From the IMG/VR virus record IMGVR_UViG_3300032223_002232, positions 64,001 through 128,000 of that record: DNA of 64,000 nt, one strand, 5' to 3'. Positions 49,533 through 59,152 of the stretch are shown here, piece by piece. Under the pieces are notes generated by a model, which was given only the letters and a program-made list of their open reading frames with translations, searched no databases and was not told the origin of the DNA. Origin of the DNA: a virus. Numbering within the stretch: position 1 is the stretch's first letter; each line of letters starts with the position of its first letter. Both the position numbers and the translations under genes were made by a program.

Positions 49533-50834
49533 ATGGCATTAAAAATAAAAGACAACAAAAAAGATAATAATTTTGTATTTGCATACAATCCAATTGCCAC
49601 AACAATTCCAAACCCCCCACCAGCACTTCCTGTTGGAATGCCGACATATAGTTACGCTGGTTTAAACCCAATTTCTGCACCAAAAACACCAGATCTAGTA
49701 ATGCCAGAACAAGGATTACCTAGAGCAATTAATTATTATGCCGATTATGGTGGTTGTGGATATTGGAGAATGATTTGGCCTGAGTTTGCGCTCAACCAAT
49801 ACAATAAAGCTTGTATTTCTGGTTTAACTCAAATGATTTTAGACATTAGATTCTATCAAGGTATTAAAACCATTAGATTCCAGAGGCAAGCTACACCTAT
49901 TCAGAGAGATTTTGTAAAGGAATTAAGAAAAGCAAGTGAACAAATGGGCTTTAAATTAATGTATGAAGTCGATGATATCGTCTTCAAAGAAGATATTCCT
50001 GACTATAATCGTTGTAAGGATGCATTTGTTGATGATACTATTATTAATAGCATTCTTGAGATCATGGGGATGATGGATGAGATTACAGTCACATGTAAAT
50101 ACATGAAAGACTATTATATTGAAAAGACAGGTAATAAAAATATTACAGTTATTCCAAATTATCCACCTAAATTCTGGTTAGATCGTTTTTATAACAAAGA
50201 ACGTGTTGCCAAACTATATGATCAATATAAGAAACGTCCAAGAATTCTTTATTCTGGATCTGGAACACATATAGACGTTCTTAATAGAACAGGAATGAAT
50301 GATGATTTCAAACATGTTACCGATGCAATCATCAAAGCTCGTAAGAAATTCAAGTTTGTTTGGAAGGGATGCTTCCCGATGGCATTGAAACCATATATTG
50401 ATAATGGCGAAATGGAGTTTATTGATTGGTCACCTCTTCCAGATTATCCACAAGGTCTTGTTGACACAAATTGTAACGCTTCATTTGCACCATTGATTGA
50501 TAATGTGTTCAATAGATCAAAGAGTAACATTAAAATTGTTGAAGCTGGTGCTTTAGGTATGCCCGGAGTGTATCAAGACATGTGTACATATGAAGATGCT
50601 GATTTAAAATTCAAATCAGGTGATGATTTAATTCAACAACTTGAGCATTTAACATCTGATTTTGATAGGTACATGGATTTTTCAAGTAAAGCTAGAACAT
50701 TTACAGAGGGATTATGGTTAGAGGATCATTTAGATGAATATCAAGCACTTTACTTTACGGATTTTGGATCAAAAGAAAGAAAAGAGATGGCTCCTAATCT
50801 TATAAAGAACAATCCTGATCAAGATATTGCTTGA
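49533..50834 (+). CDS. GT-B (GT4-like) glycosyltransferase
   Basis: GGCGYWRMIWP, YEVDD, APLIDNVFNRSKSNIKIVEAGALGMP. Confidence 0.85.
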   Translation: MALKIKDNKKDNNFVFAYNPIATTIPNPPPALPVGMPTYSYAGLNPISAPKTPDLVMPEQGLPRAINYYADYGGCGYWRMIWPEFALNQYNKACISGLTQMILDIRFYQGIKTIRFQRQATPIQRDFVKELRKASEQMGFKLMYEVDDIVFKEDIPDYNRCKDAFVDDTIINSILEIMGMMDEITVTCKYMKDYYIEKTGNKNITVIPNYPPKFWLDRFYNKERVAKLYDQYKKRPRILYSGSGTHIDVLNRTGMNDDFKHVTDAIIKARKKFKFVWKGCFPMALKPYIDNGEMEFIDWSPLPDYPQGLVDTNCNASFAPLIDNVFNRSKSNIKIVEAGALGMPGVYQDMCTYEDADLKFKSGDDLIQQLEHLTSDFDRYMDFSSKARTFTEGLWLEDHLDEYQALYFTDFGSKERKEMAPNLIKNNPDQDIA

Positions 50835-50865
50835 TTAGTACACCATATTGGTACATAATTGGGTA

Positions 50866-53436
50866 ATGGCTTATAGAAATGTATATTATGACCCAAAGAA
50901 TTCCAATATTCATCTTTGGGCATGGGATGAGAGTGGTGAAAGAACAAAGTTCATAACGAGTTATGAGCCATATCTATATATTGAATCCGAAAATGGTACT
51001 GATGGTAGATCAATCTTTAATACACCTCTTAAAAAATTAAGTTTTAAGAATAGAAAAGCTCGTCAGACGTATGTTGATGAAACTCCAATTAAAAGATTGT
51101 TCTATAATATTGCGGTAGACCAGCAATTTCTTCTTTCAACGTATAAAGATGAGATTGATAAACCAGAATTTGGGTCTCATCCGTTAAAAATATTTTATAT
51201 TGATATTGAAACTTATGCTACAACGCATTTTTCAACACCAGAAGCTGCTACAGATCCAATTAATCTTATAACAGTATACGATTCTTTATCGGAAAGATAC
51301 TATACATGGGGGTGTAAGAATTACTCCACGATGGAAGAAGATGTAACTTACTTTAAATGTAAAGATGAAAGAGATTTATTAAAAAGTTTTGTTAAATTTT
51401 GGAAGAATGATCCACCAGATATAGTTACTGGATGGAATATTCATGGTTATGACATTCCATATATCATGAATCGTCTTCCACAGATATTTGCAGATGACTA
51501 TAATAAGAAATTATCACCAATTGAAAGTATTTATTTAAGAGAAAAAGCTGCTGTTAATAAACTAGGTCGTGCAATTGATCGTTGGTCTATTGCTGGCGTT
51601 AGTATTATTGACTACATGGAGCTTTATGAGTCTCTTTGTGGTGGTAAGAGGGAGTCTATGTCACTTAATTACATATCAGAGTATGAATTAGGTGATTCTA
51701 AGATTGCAATTGGTAGCACATCACTATCAACTCTTGCTGATAGAGATTGGACTAAATTTGTTGACTATAACATTCAGGACGTAAGACTTCTTATCAAGCT
51801 TGAACACAAATTAAAATACTTAAAACTTGTAAGAAACCTTGCATATCGTGGATTTATTCCTTTTGAAAAGTCTATGGGTAAAGTTGCGATGATTACTGGT
51901 GCTGTTGCACACGAAGCATTGAAACAAGATATGATAATTCCAACATTTAACATTCAAAATGTTAAACAGGAATTTAAAGGCGGCTTTGTTTATGAACCAA
52001 TTAAAGGTTTATATGAAAATGTCGTAACTTATGATGCAAATAGTTTGTATCCTAATACGATTATTACGTTAAATATTTCATCAGAGACTAAAATAGGTAA
52101 AGTTATAAATAAAGATGAAGAGTTTACCACTTTAAGATTAACAAATGGTCAGGAAAGAAAATTAAAGCATAGTGATTTTGATAAAATTATTCAAAGTGAA
52201 AAGCTTGCGATAACAAAATCTAATGTTTTATATACACAAAAGTTTAAAGGTATATTTCCAACACTAATTGATAGACTTTACAACGAAAGAGTCAAAGCTA
52301 AGAATACAATGTTGGATGCAAAGAAGAAGTTAAAGAAAGCAAAAACTCCAGAAGAAATTGAAACACTTGAAGAAATTGCAAATGATAACGATACATTATC
52401 AAATGTGTATAAAGTTTTCTTGAATTCAGTTTACGGTGCATTCTCTAACATTTATTTTCCATTGTTTGATATGGATCATGCTGAAAGCGTTACTTTAAGT
52501 GGGCAAGCTATTGTTAAAAGAGGACCAGAGATTATTTATGAGTACGCAAAGTCTCAAGGTTTCAATGGTAAGCTTGAAGATATTTTAATTTATCAAGATA
52601 CGGATAGTGAATTCTTTTCATTTACTGAAATAATGAAGTTAAGAAATGTTTCTTTTTTAGAAAATGGTGAAATTTCCAAAGAAGCATATGATATTATTTC
52701 TGAATACGGTGATATTCTCAATAAAGGTATTAATGATTGGGCAAAACAGGAATTTAAATCCATAGACCCTAGATATGTCTTTAAACGAGAGAAGATTTGT
52801 GATGTTGCTTTATTACAAGCAAAGAAATTCTACATTCTACATATTTTAGATAAAGAAGGTGTTAAAACTGAAGAGTTTGAGTATAAAGGTATTGCTATTG
52901 CACAAGCAACATTCTCAAAAGAAGTTAAAGAACTACTTAAAGACATTGTACATTCATCACTCTTAGCGAAAAACAGAAGGACAGCTACTCATATCTTCCA
53001 AGAAGGTTATGAAAAGTTTTTAAAAATGTCGCCAGAAGAAATTGCTACTAGAAAAAAGATCAATAATTATGAGAAGTGGGATAATATGATCGGTGATGAT
53101 AGTGAATTTGGTAAAGGTACACCAATTCAGGTCAAAAGTGCAATGAATTTTAATGAAGCACTTGAAAAGTTAAACATTACTGACAAATATCCTGCTCTTA
53201 AAAGTGGAACAAAGATGAAATTCTTTTATTGTAAGAAAAACATATATGATTATGAAACTATTGGGTTTATAGATTACTATCCAAAGGAATTATTAGAAGT
53301 AGTTAAGCCAGATTACAGGTTTATGTTTGATAAAAACGTTGTTCCAGTTATTTCAAGAATATTTCAAGTTATTGGATGGCCTTTACCAGCTGTTGGTTGC
53401 GAAGAAGTCACTGATCTGATACAATTATTGTCATGA
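50866..53436 (+). CDS. gp43: family B DNA polymerase
   Basis: Exo DIET, GWNIHGYD, YNIQDV; pol DANSLYP, KVFLNSVYG, YQDTDS; start at 50866 after TTGATT-17-CATAAT. Confidence 0.97.
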   Translation: MAYRNVYYDPKNSNIHLWAWDESGERTKFITSYEPYLYIESENGTDGRSIFNTPLKKLSFKNRKARQTYVDETPIKRLFYNIAVDQQFLLSTYKDEIDKPEFGSHPLKIFYIDIETYATTHFSTPEAATDPINLITVYDSLSERYYTWGCKNYSTMEEDVTYFKCKDERDLLKSFVKFWKNDPPDIVTGWNIHGYDIPYIMNRLPQIFADDYNKKLSPIESIYLREKAAVNKLGRAIDRWSIAGVSIIDYMELYESLCGGKRESMSLNYISEYELGDSKIAIGSTSLSTLADRDWTKFVDYNIQDVRLLIKLEHKLKYLKLVRNLAYRGFIPFEKSMGKVAMITGAVAHEALKQDMIIPTFNIQNVKQEFKGGFVYEPIKGLYENVVTYDANSLYPNTIITLNISSETKIGKVINKDEEFTTLRLTNGQERKLKHSDFDKIIQSEKLAITKSNVLYTQKFKGIFPTLIDRLYNERVKAKNTMLDAKKKLKKAKTPEEIETLEEIANDNDTLSNVYKVFLNSVYGAFSNIYFPLFDMDHAESVTLSGQAIVKRGPEIIYEYAKSQGFNGKLEDILIYQDTDSEFFSFTEIMKLRNVSFLENGEISKEAYDIISEYGDILNKGINDWAKQEFKSIDPRYVFKREKICDVALLQAKKFYILHILDKEGVKTEEFEYKGIAIAQATFSKEVKELLKDIVHSSLLAKNRRTATHIFQEGYEKFLKMSPEEIATRKKINNYEKWDNMIGDDSEFGKGTPIQVKSAMNFNEALEKLNITDKYPALKSGTKMKFFYCKKNIYDYETIGFIDYYPKELLEVVKPDYRFMFDKNVVPVISRIFQVIGWPLPAVGCEEVTDLIQLLS

Positions 53437-53939
53437 GTGTAAAATTAATATCAATAACAAAGCCAGAAATCGAAGGTGTTGATACAGCTGAAGATTTAAT
53501 ATCATATTGTGCAAGGGTTAGCAACCCTTGTCATCGTAGTTTTAGCTTTCAAGAGTTTAGTCAGAGATATTCAACAGCCACAGAACTTGAAGATATTGAA
53601 TGGAGAATGCAAGGTAAAACCAATAGACAAGTTGGCGATGAAGTAATTGAATTATCATTAGAATTACAAGACAAGATGTTTCAAGCACAACACCTTTCTT
53701 TAAAAATATACGATGAATTAATAGGTTTTGGTATTGCTAAAGAGTGTGCGAGAATGGTGCTTCCTCTTAACACAACGACAACGATTTACATGAATGGAAC
53801 AATCCGTTCTTGGATACACTATCTTGAAATAAGATGTAAAGATGATACGCAGAAGAAACATAGGGAGATTGCAAACATGATTCGATCAATATTTACAAAA
53901 CATTTTCCTACAATTGCAAAAGCGTTACAAGAAAATTAA
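53433..53939 (+). pseudogene. thyX: flavin-dependent thymidylate synthase with in-frame internal deletion
   Basis: YCARVSNP runs directly into CHRSFSFQEFSQRY; the usual HWSxFE...QILR segment is absent; AKECARMVLP and RSWIHY intact. Confidence 0.75.
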
Positions 53940-53993
53940 TATTTTTTAAATTAATACTTGATATTACATTAAATTCTGTTAAATTTATATAGT

Positions 53994-54386
53994 ATGACAA
54001 CTGAAAACACAACAAAAACCCTCGTAGTAATCTTAGACACCATTGGTAGGACTGTACTCGGTGAGGCAGTAGATTCCCCAAAAGGAAACTTCTCCATCAA
54101 GAACCCTGTCATCCTTCATATTGTTCCAGCAGACAATAATGGAAAGATGTCAGTCCAACTTCTTCCTCTCTTTTTCAGAGAGTTCTTAGCAGACAAATCT
54201 GGTGATGTCACATTTACATATGATGCATCTCGTGTAACCAAGACTGATATCGACGCTCTTGATTTCCGTCTCCAAGCACAATATGCTCAGATGTTCAATC
54301 CACAGAATAGCTTTGTTGCTGATCCATCACAGGCAGCACCAGCAAGTGATTCTGTAGTTAAGCTTTTTGACGAGGAAGCAAAGTAA
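53994..54386 (+). CDS. conserved T4-like small beta-barrel (Sm-like) protein
   Basis: GRTVLGE..IKNPVIL..QYAQMF pattern; own promoter and terminator. Confidence 0.6.
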   Translation: MTTENTTKTLVVILDTIGRTVLGEAVDSPKGNFSIKNPVILHIVPADNNGKMSVQLLPLFFREFLADKSGDVTFTYDASRVTKTDIDALDFRLQAQYAQMFNPQNSFVADPSQAAPASDSVVKLFDEEAK

Positions 54387-54414
54387 AAAGTACAGATCGG
54401 AACTGTATTCATTA

Positions 54415-54458
54415 AGAAACCCCAGAGGGCTTGACTCTCTGGGGTTTTCTGTTATTAT
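54415..54458 (+). terminator. intrinsic terminator fused with the uvsX promoter
   Basis: aaaccccagaggg-cttga-ctctctggggttt stem-loop; TTGACT at the loop, TGnTATTAT downstream. Confidence 0.8.
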
Positions 54459-54465
54459 ATTATAT

Positions 54466-55569
54466 ATGGCTAAAAAGAAAAACGAAGAAATAGAAGAACC
54501 AAAGGTTGGAAACATCAAAGATGCATTTGATATTTTATCAGACTTAAATCCAGAAGCTGCATTTCTTGATGATGGTAGCTTATCAAGTGTAAATGAGTGG
54601 ATTGATACAGGATCTCTTGCATTAAATGCAATTATTTCAGGATCTTTATATGGTGGAGTTCCAATGGGTAGACTTACAGGTTTTATTGGACCTGAATCTT
54701 GTGGAAAAACCTTAATGTGTAACAAAGTTATGGCTAATGCACAAAAGAAAAATATGCATATTGCATATTTTGATACCGAAGGTGCATTAGATGAAAATAC
54801 AGCTAAAAGACTTGGCTGTGATACATCAAAAATTAAACATGTACCAAGTGAAGTTACAGAAAATTGCAGAAATCAAATTGTAAAGTTTCTTGATACGGTT
54901 ATTGAGAAAGGTTTACAAGGTAAAGTTCTTCTTGTAATTGATTCTCTTGGTAATTTAATCACCGCACAGGAAAAAAGGAAGATTGAAGAAGGTTCTGATA
55001 CACCAGATATGGGTAATCGTGCAAAAGCACTTAAATCTATGATGAGAGCAATCACACATTCAGCCGCAAAAGCTAATTGTCCTGTTGTTTTTACAAATCA
55101 TATCTATGATGATCCATCACAACTTCATCCAAGTGCCATTAAAAAGCAAGCTGGTGGATCTGGACCTCTTTATATGGCATCTGTTATTGTTCAGATGGCA
55201 AAGAAAGCCGAAAGATCAGAGGATAGTAAGAACAAAGACTCAAATACTGAGACAACTCTATTATCAAAGGGTATTAATGGGTTAACATTAAGAGCCTTGA
55301 CAACTAAAAATCGTTTTGTTACTCCATTTTTAGAGATAGAGATGTACTTGAATTTTAGAACAGGTCTTAATAAGTACTCAGGACTACTTGAAATGGCAGA
55401 AGGATACGGTGTCATTGAAAAGCAAGGTCATAGATATGCATTTAATGGTGAAACTCTTGGATTCTTTAAAGATTGGAAAGATGATGAAGCAGTTTGGGAA
55501 AGAATTCTTCCAGTTCTTGAGCAAAAACTTCAAGAAGGACTCTCATTTAAAAACGAAGGACAACAATAA
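54466..55569 (+). CDS. uvsX: RecA-like recombinase
   Basis: IDTGSLALN, GPESCGKT, YFDTEGA, VIDSLG, FTNHIY; start re-called at 54466. Confidence 0.95.
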   Translation: MAKKKNEEIEEPKVGNIKDAFDILSDLNPEAAFLDDGSLSSVNEWIDTGSLALNAIISGSLYGGVPMGRLTGFIGPESCGKTLMCNKVMANAQKKNMHIAYFDTEGALDENTAKRLGCDTSKIKHVPSEVTENCRNQIVKFLDTVIEKGLQGKVLLVIDSLGNLITAQEKRKIEEGSDTPDMGNRAKALKSMMRAITHSAAKANCPVVFTNHIYDDPSQLHPSAIKKQAGGSGPLYMASVIVQMAKKAERSEDSKNKDSNTETTLLSKGINGLTLRALTTKNRFVTPFLEIEMYLNFRTGLNKYSGLLEMAEGYGVIEKQGHRYAFNGETLGFFKDWKDDEAVWERILPVLEQKLQEGLSFKNEGQQ

Positions 55570-55576
55570 TAATAAT

Positions 55577-55831
55577 ATGATAACAACAAAAGAAATAATA
55601 AGTGGAACAGAAGAAGAATTACTTGCACATTTCAAGAAAAAGTATAATTTAGTTGAATCTACAAGTAATACATTACCAGCATTATCAACAATATTACCTG
55701 ATAATGGTATAAAAGCTGAATTACCAACCGTTACTACTCCGCAACCAGCAGTTCAACCTGCTGTAGTTGGTAATAAAGTTACAAAAGGATTTTCTGGACT
55801 GTTTGATGGTACAAGTTGGGGTAACAAATGA
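55577..55831 (+). CDS. hypothetical protein (84 aa)
   Basis: MITTKEIISG..., start after the uvsX stop codons. Confidence 0.6.
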   Translation: MITTKEIISGTEEELLAHFKKKYNLVESTSNTLPALSTILPDNGIKAELPTVTTPQPAVQPAVVGNKVTKGFSGLFDGTSWGNK

Positions 55832-55835
55832 TTAT

Positions 55836-55868
55836 TAGATTGCATTCTCATAGGATGCAGTCTATAAT
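55836..55868 (+). promoter_or_regulatory. sigma70-type promoter for gp41 fused to a 13-bp hairpin
   Basis: TTGCAT-17-TATAAT, ATG 6 nt downstream; TAGATTGCATTCT/AGGATGCAGTCTA. Confidence 0.75.
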
Positions 55869-55874
55869 TTTTAT

Positions 55875-57269
55875 ATGGTAGATAAAACTTTGCACCTAGA
55901 CTTTGATTATTTTGAGAAAATCATTATATTCAATGCTCTAATGGATCAACTGTATCTTGAAACGATATTGGAACATACAAATCCAATGTTTTTTCGTGAT
56001 AAGAACATTCAAACAGTATTTAAAGTCCTAAAAGACTTTTATATTGAGAATAAAATTGTTCCAAACATAACAGAGCTTAAAGCACATCTTAATGATGAGC
56101 AAAAAACAGCTTTAAAGGAAGTTTTTATTGGTTTCAATAATATTGATAAGAATTATAATAAAGAACTACTTATAAAAAATACAGAAAGGTTCCTCAGAGA
56201 GAAATCTGTGTTATTAACTGTTGTAGATACATCAATTGATGTTAATTCTGGTAAGATTGATAGTCAAAAGATCCTTAAAACCTTTGAAAAGGCTTGCGGT
56301 ATATCATTAACTGATAATATTGGGTTAGATTACCTTGAAGATATTGATAAACATTGTGCGGATCTTAGTGAAGTATTCAAAACCATATCAACTGGATGGA
56401 AATGGTTGGATAACCATCTTGGTGGTGGCTTTATGGCTGAAGGAAGAGCATTATATGTATTCTTTGGACAAACAAATGTAGGTAAATCAATCTTTCTTGG
56501 TAACATAGCAACTAATATTCTTAATCAAGATAAGACCGTGGTACTAATTTCACTTGAAATGCCCGAACAAGTATATGCAAAACGTATTTCAGCACAACTT
56601 TCTCGCATTCCAATCAATGATTTGAAGCTTCAAGTTGATCCTTTGCGTAATTTTGTTAATCAATACAAGATTAGGAATAGTAAATCAAAGTTAATTATTA
56701 AAGAGTTTCCACCAAAGGGTGTTAGTGTTCTTAATATTAAGAGCTATATTAACAAATTGATAAGCAAAGGCATTAAACCAGATACAATTATCATTGATTA
56801 TATCAACTTGATTGCTCCAGCCGTTGCAAATCAGGGTTCATATGAGTCAATTAAGGGCATTACTGAAGGTATTAGAGCATTATCTTATGAATTTAGCTGT
56901 CCTGTGATATCCGCAACACAAGCAAATAGGGCTGCTGTTAATGAACCACAACCAGACATGGGTAAAACCAGCGAATCTCTTGGTCTTTCAATGACAGTTG
57001 ATGCTCAATTCTCAATTTGGACTCAAGAAGGTGATTCTGATCTCGGAATTATTCATATGGGTATCGTAAAGAATCGTTTTGGTGGAAGAGAGGTTTATAC
57101 TCATCTTAATATTGATTATGAGACCCTTTCGCTTACTGAACCAAGTGATGTTGTAGCTGAATTCTCAGTAAAGGGTAATGTACCCAAGCTTTCAGCTGAT
57201 ATTGAAGCAACTACAATGGAATCAAGTATACTTGATACATTGAATATGATTGATAACATTGCATCATAA
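55875..57269 (+). CDS. gp41: replicative DnaB-like helicase
   Basis: GQTNVGKS, ISLEM, IIKEFP, IIDYINL, SATQANR, KNRFG. Confidence 0.95.
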   Translation: MVDKTLHLDFDYFEKIIIFNALMDQLYLETILEHTNPMFFRDKNIQTVFKVLKDFYIENKIVPNITELKAHLNDEQKTALKEVFIGFNNIDKNYNKELLIKNTERFLREKSVLLTVVDTSIDVNSGKIDSQKILKTFEKACGISLTDNIGLDYLEDIDKHCADLSEVFKTISTGWKWLDNHLGGGFMAEGRALYVFFGQTNVGKSIFLGNIATNILNQDKTVVLISLEMPEQVYAKRISAQLSRIPINDLKLQVDPLRNFVNQYKIRNSKSKLIIKEFPPKGVSVLNIKSYINKLISKGIKPDTIIIDYINLIAPAVANQGSYESIKGITEGIRALSYEFSCPVISATQANRAAVNEPQPDMGKTSESLGLSMTVDAQFSIWTQEGDSDLGIIHMGIVKNRFGGREVYTHLNIDYETLSLTEPSDVVAEFSVKGNVPKLSADIEATTMESSILDTLNMIDNIAS

Positions 57270-58189
57270 TGAATATTCAACAAATCGCTCATCATTTGAC
57301 TTCAAATAAGTCATTTCAAGTCTTTACACATAAAGATTTGGATGGTGCTGTTAGTTTTCTTACATTATTGTGGTCAAACCCTACAGCAACTATTACATAT
57401 CGTGAAATTACCAACATGCAAATGGGTGTTATGGATGAATATGTCAAAAAAACATGTAATCCACCATCAATTGTTGTTATGGATATGTCTTTAAGGAAAC
57501 AATTTATTGAAATGCTTGATTATGATTATGTTTATTTTATAGATCATCATAAAGGATCTGAAAATTATGTAAAATCGTTCAAACAAGCTAATATTGTATA
57601 CAAAGAAACTACATCTAATGCATTATTAACAAGAAAGCTGTTAAAAGAATTCTCGCCAGACTTAACAGATGCTCAAAAAAAGTTAATTCTTCTTGCTGAT
57701 GATTTTGATTCTAATAAACTTCAACATAAAGAGTCTTATGATTTAAATATTTTATTCTGGACTCAATTTAAAAATGATTTTTGTTATTTTATTAATTATT
57801 ATAAAGATGGATTTAAGCCTTTTAGTGAAAAACAAAAAGAAATCATCACTCATGCTAAACAAGATGCAAAAGAATTGTTTAAAAATACAAAATGTTTTAC
57901 TGGTGAGATGATAATTGAAGGATTTCCTCAAAAAGTAATTGCAGCTACAACAGATACATATAATAATATTGTAATTGATATGTTAATGAGTAAATATCAG
58001 CCAGATATACTCCTGTATATTAATACAAAAAGTGAAAAGGTTAGTATGAGGCAAAAAGAAAGACCAAACCCAATTAATCTTTCGGCTTTTGCTGAAAAAT
58101 ATTGCGATGGTAGTGGTCATATGAACGCTGCTGGCGGTAGAATCACGCTTCTTTTCATGGAGTTAACTAAAAAACTACAACCTCTATGA
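57269..58189 (+). CDS. DHH/DHHA1 phosphoesterase
   Basis: THKDLDG, IDHH, GSGHMNAAGG. Confidence 0.85.
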   Translation: MNIQQIAHHLTSNKSFQVFTHKDLDGAVSFLTLLWSNPTATITYREITNMQMGVMDEYVKKTCNPPSIVVMDMSLRKQFIEMLDYDYVYFIDHHKGSENYVKSFKQANIVYKETTSNALLTRKLLKEFSPDLTDAQKKLILLADDFDSNKLQHKESYDLNILFWTQFKNDFCYFINYYKDGFKPFSEKQKEIITHAKQDAKELFKNTKCFTGEMIIEGFPQKVIAATTDTYNNIVIDMLMSKYQPDILLYINTKSEKVSMRQKERPNPINLSAFAEKYCDGSGHMNAAGGRITLLFMELTKKLQPL

Positions 58190-58479
58190 TTATTACATCC
58201 TCACAGCAATTAGAAGACGTTTCAAACCCATCAAATGCTTTAAATATTGAAGAATTTGAGCAAATTACAATGAAATTTGGTGCTTTTGTTTGTATTTGCA
58301 AAGGTAAAAAAATGAATTACCTTAATTTTCTTAAATTTTTAGTTGATGATAAGCGTACACAAAAAATTTATTTTACACTTTTAGGTGAATTTGATTTACA
58401 AAGCATAATAAAAGCGTATCTTGGTTCTACGCCAAATGTCTATAAGAAGATATTTCGTTCAAAAAATAAAACCAAATAA
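58186..58479 (+). CDS. hypothetical protein
   Basis: 97 aa ORF, start/stop overlaps on both sides. Confidence 0.7.
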   Translation: MIITSSQQLEDVSNPSNALNIEEFEQITMKFGAFVCICKGKKMNYLNFLKFLVDDKRTQKIYFTLLGEFDLQSIIKAYLGSTPNVYKKIFRSKNKTK

Positions 58480-59129
58480 TGAACATTACCAATTTTGAGA
58501 AAAGAATTTATAATTGTTATCTCAAAAATTTTAGAAAAGGTCAGCCATACAAAGCAAGACAAGATTTTTCTAATTTAGAAGCAAATGTTGCCGCATATTT
58601 GCAGAAAATTTCTTATTTCTTAAGCAAATATAATCATATTGATTGTGAAGAATACTTTGATGCATTTAATTCGTTGCATCCAGATGATAAATACCCACCA
58701 TTGAATTACTTTTTCTCAAGAGCAGCTTTAAAAACTTATTCTTTATATAAAAAGCAACAAGAAGATCGTAATCCCGAAAAGCAATTTGATAAAATTAAAG
58801 ATGGATTAAGGTTTATTGGTATATATTGCATCAATAACAATATACCATTGAACAAATATTTATATTTTAAAGTGGGATATAGTTATGCTTGGCTAAATCA
58901 CTATAGAGAACATCGGATAAACCCATATTGTTTATTTGAATTGGGTGACATCTTTGGTATTCTAAGTGAAATTCCAAAGGATGAACTATATCTTTTTGCA
59001 ACAAACTTGTATGAAAACCTTATAGCCTTTAAAGATAGGTATGAAAAATCTAAAAACACCAAAGAATTTGTCAAAACAGTTACACAAAAAGTAAAATTTT
59101 TTGTTGAAAAAGAGTTGACGAAACATTAA
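58479..59129 (+). CDS. hypothetical protein (gp59 helicase-loader position and size)
   Basis: 216 aa, basic/aromatic, immediately upstream of gp32 as T4 gp59 is; no motif confirmed. Confidence 0.5.
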   Translation: MNITNFEKRIYNCYLKNFRKGQPYKARQDFSNLEANVAAYLQKISYFLSKYNHIDCEEYFDAFNSLHPDDKYPPLNYFFSRAALKTYSLYKKQQEDRNPEKQFDKIKDGLRFIGIYCINNNIPLNKYLYFKVGYSYAWLNHYREHRINPYCLFELGDIFGILSEIPKDELYLFATNLYENLIAFKDRYEKSKNTKEFVKTVTQKVKFFVEKELTKH

Positions 59130-59152
59130 AACATGATAATATTATTAGCATT

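Noticed and set aside
54367-54465. N-terminal extension of UvsX in the ORF track
   Set aside because: Spans a terminator and promoter; ATG 54466 fits the leaderless pattern. Similar over-long starts at 2291, 14826, 25816, 29206, 50848, 55388 and 60519
50866-57269. Introns or inteins in polymerase, UvsX or helicase
   Set aside because: Normal lengths, continuous motifs, no splicing or homing-endonuclease motifs
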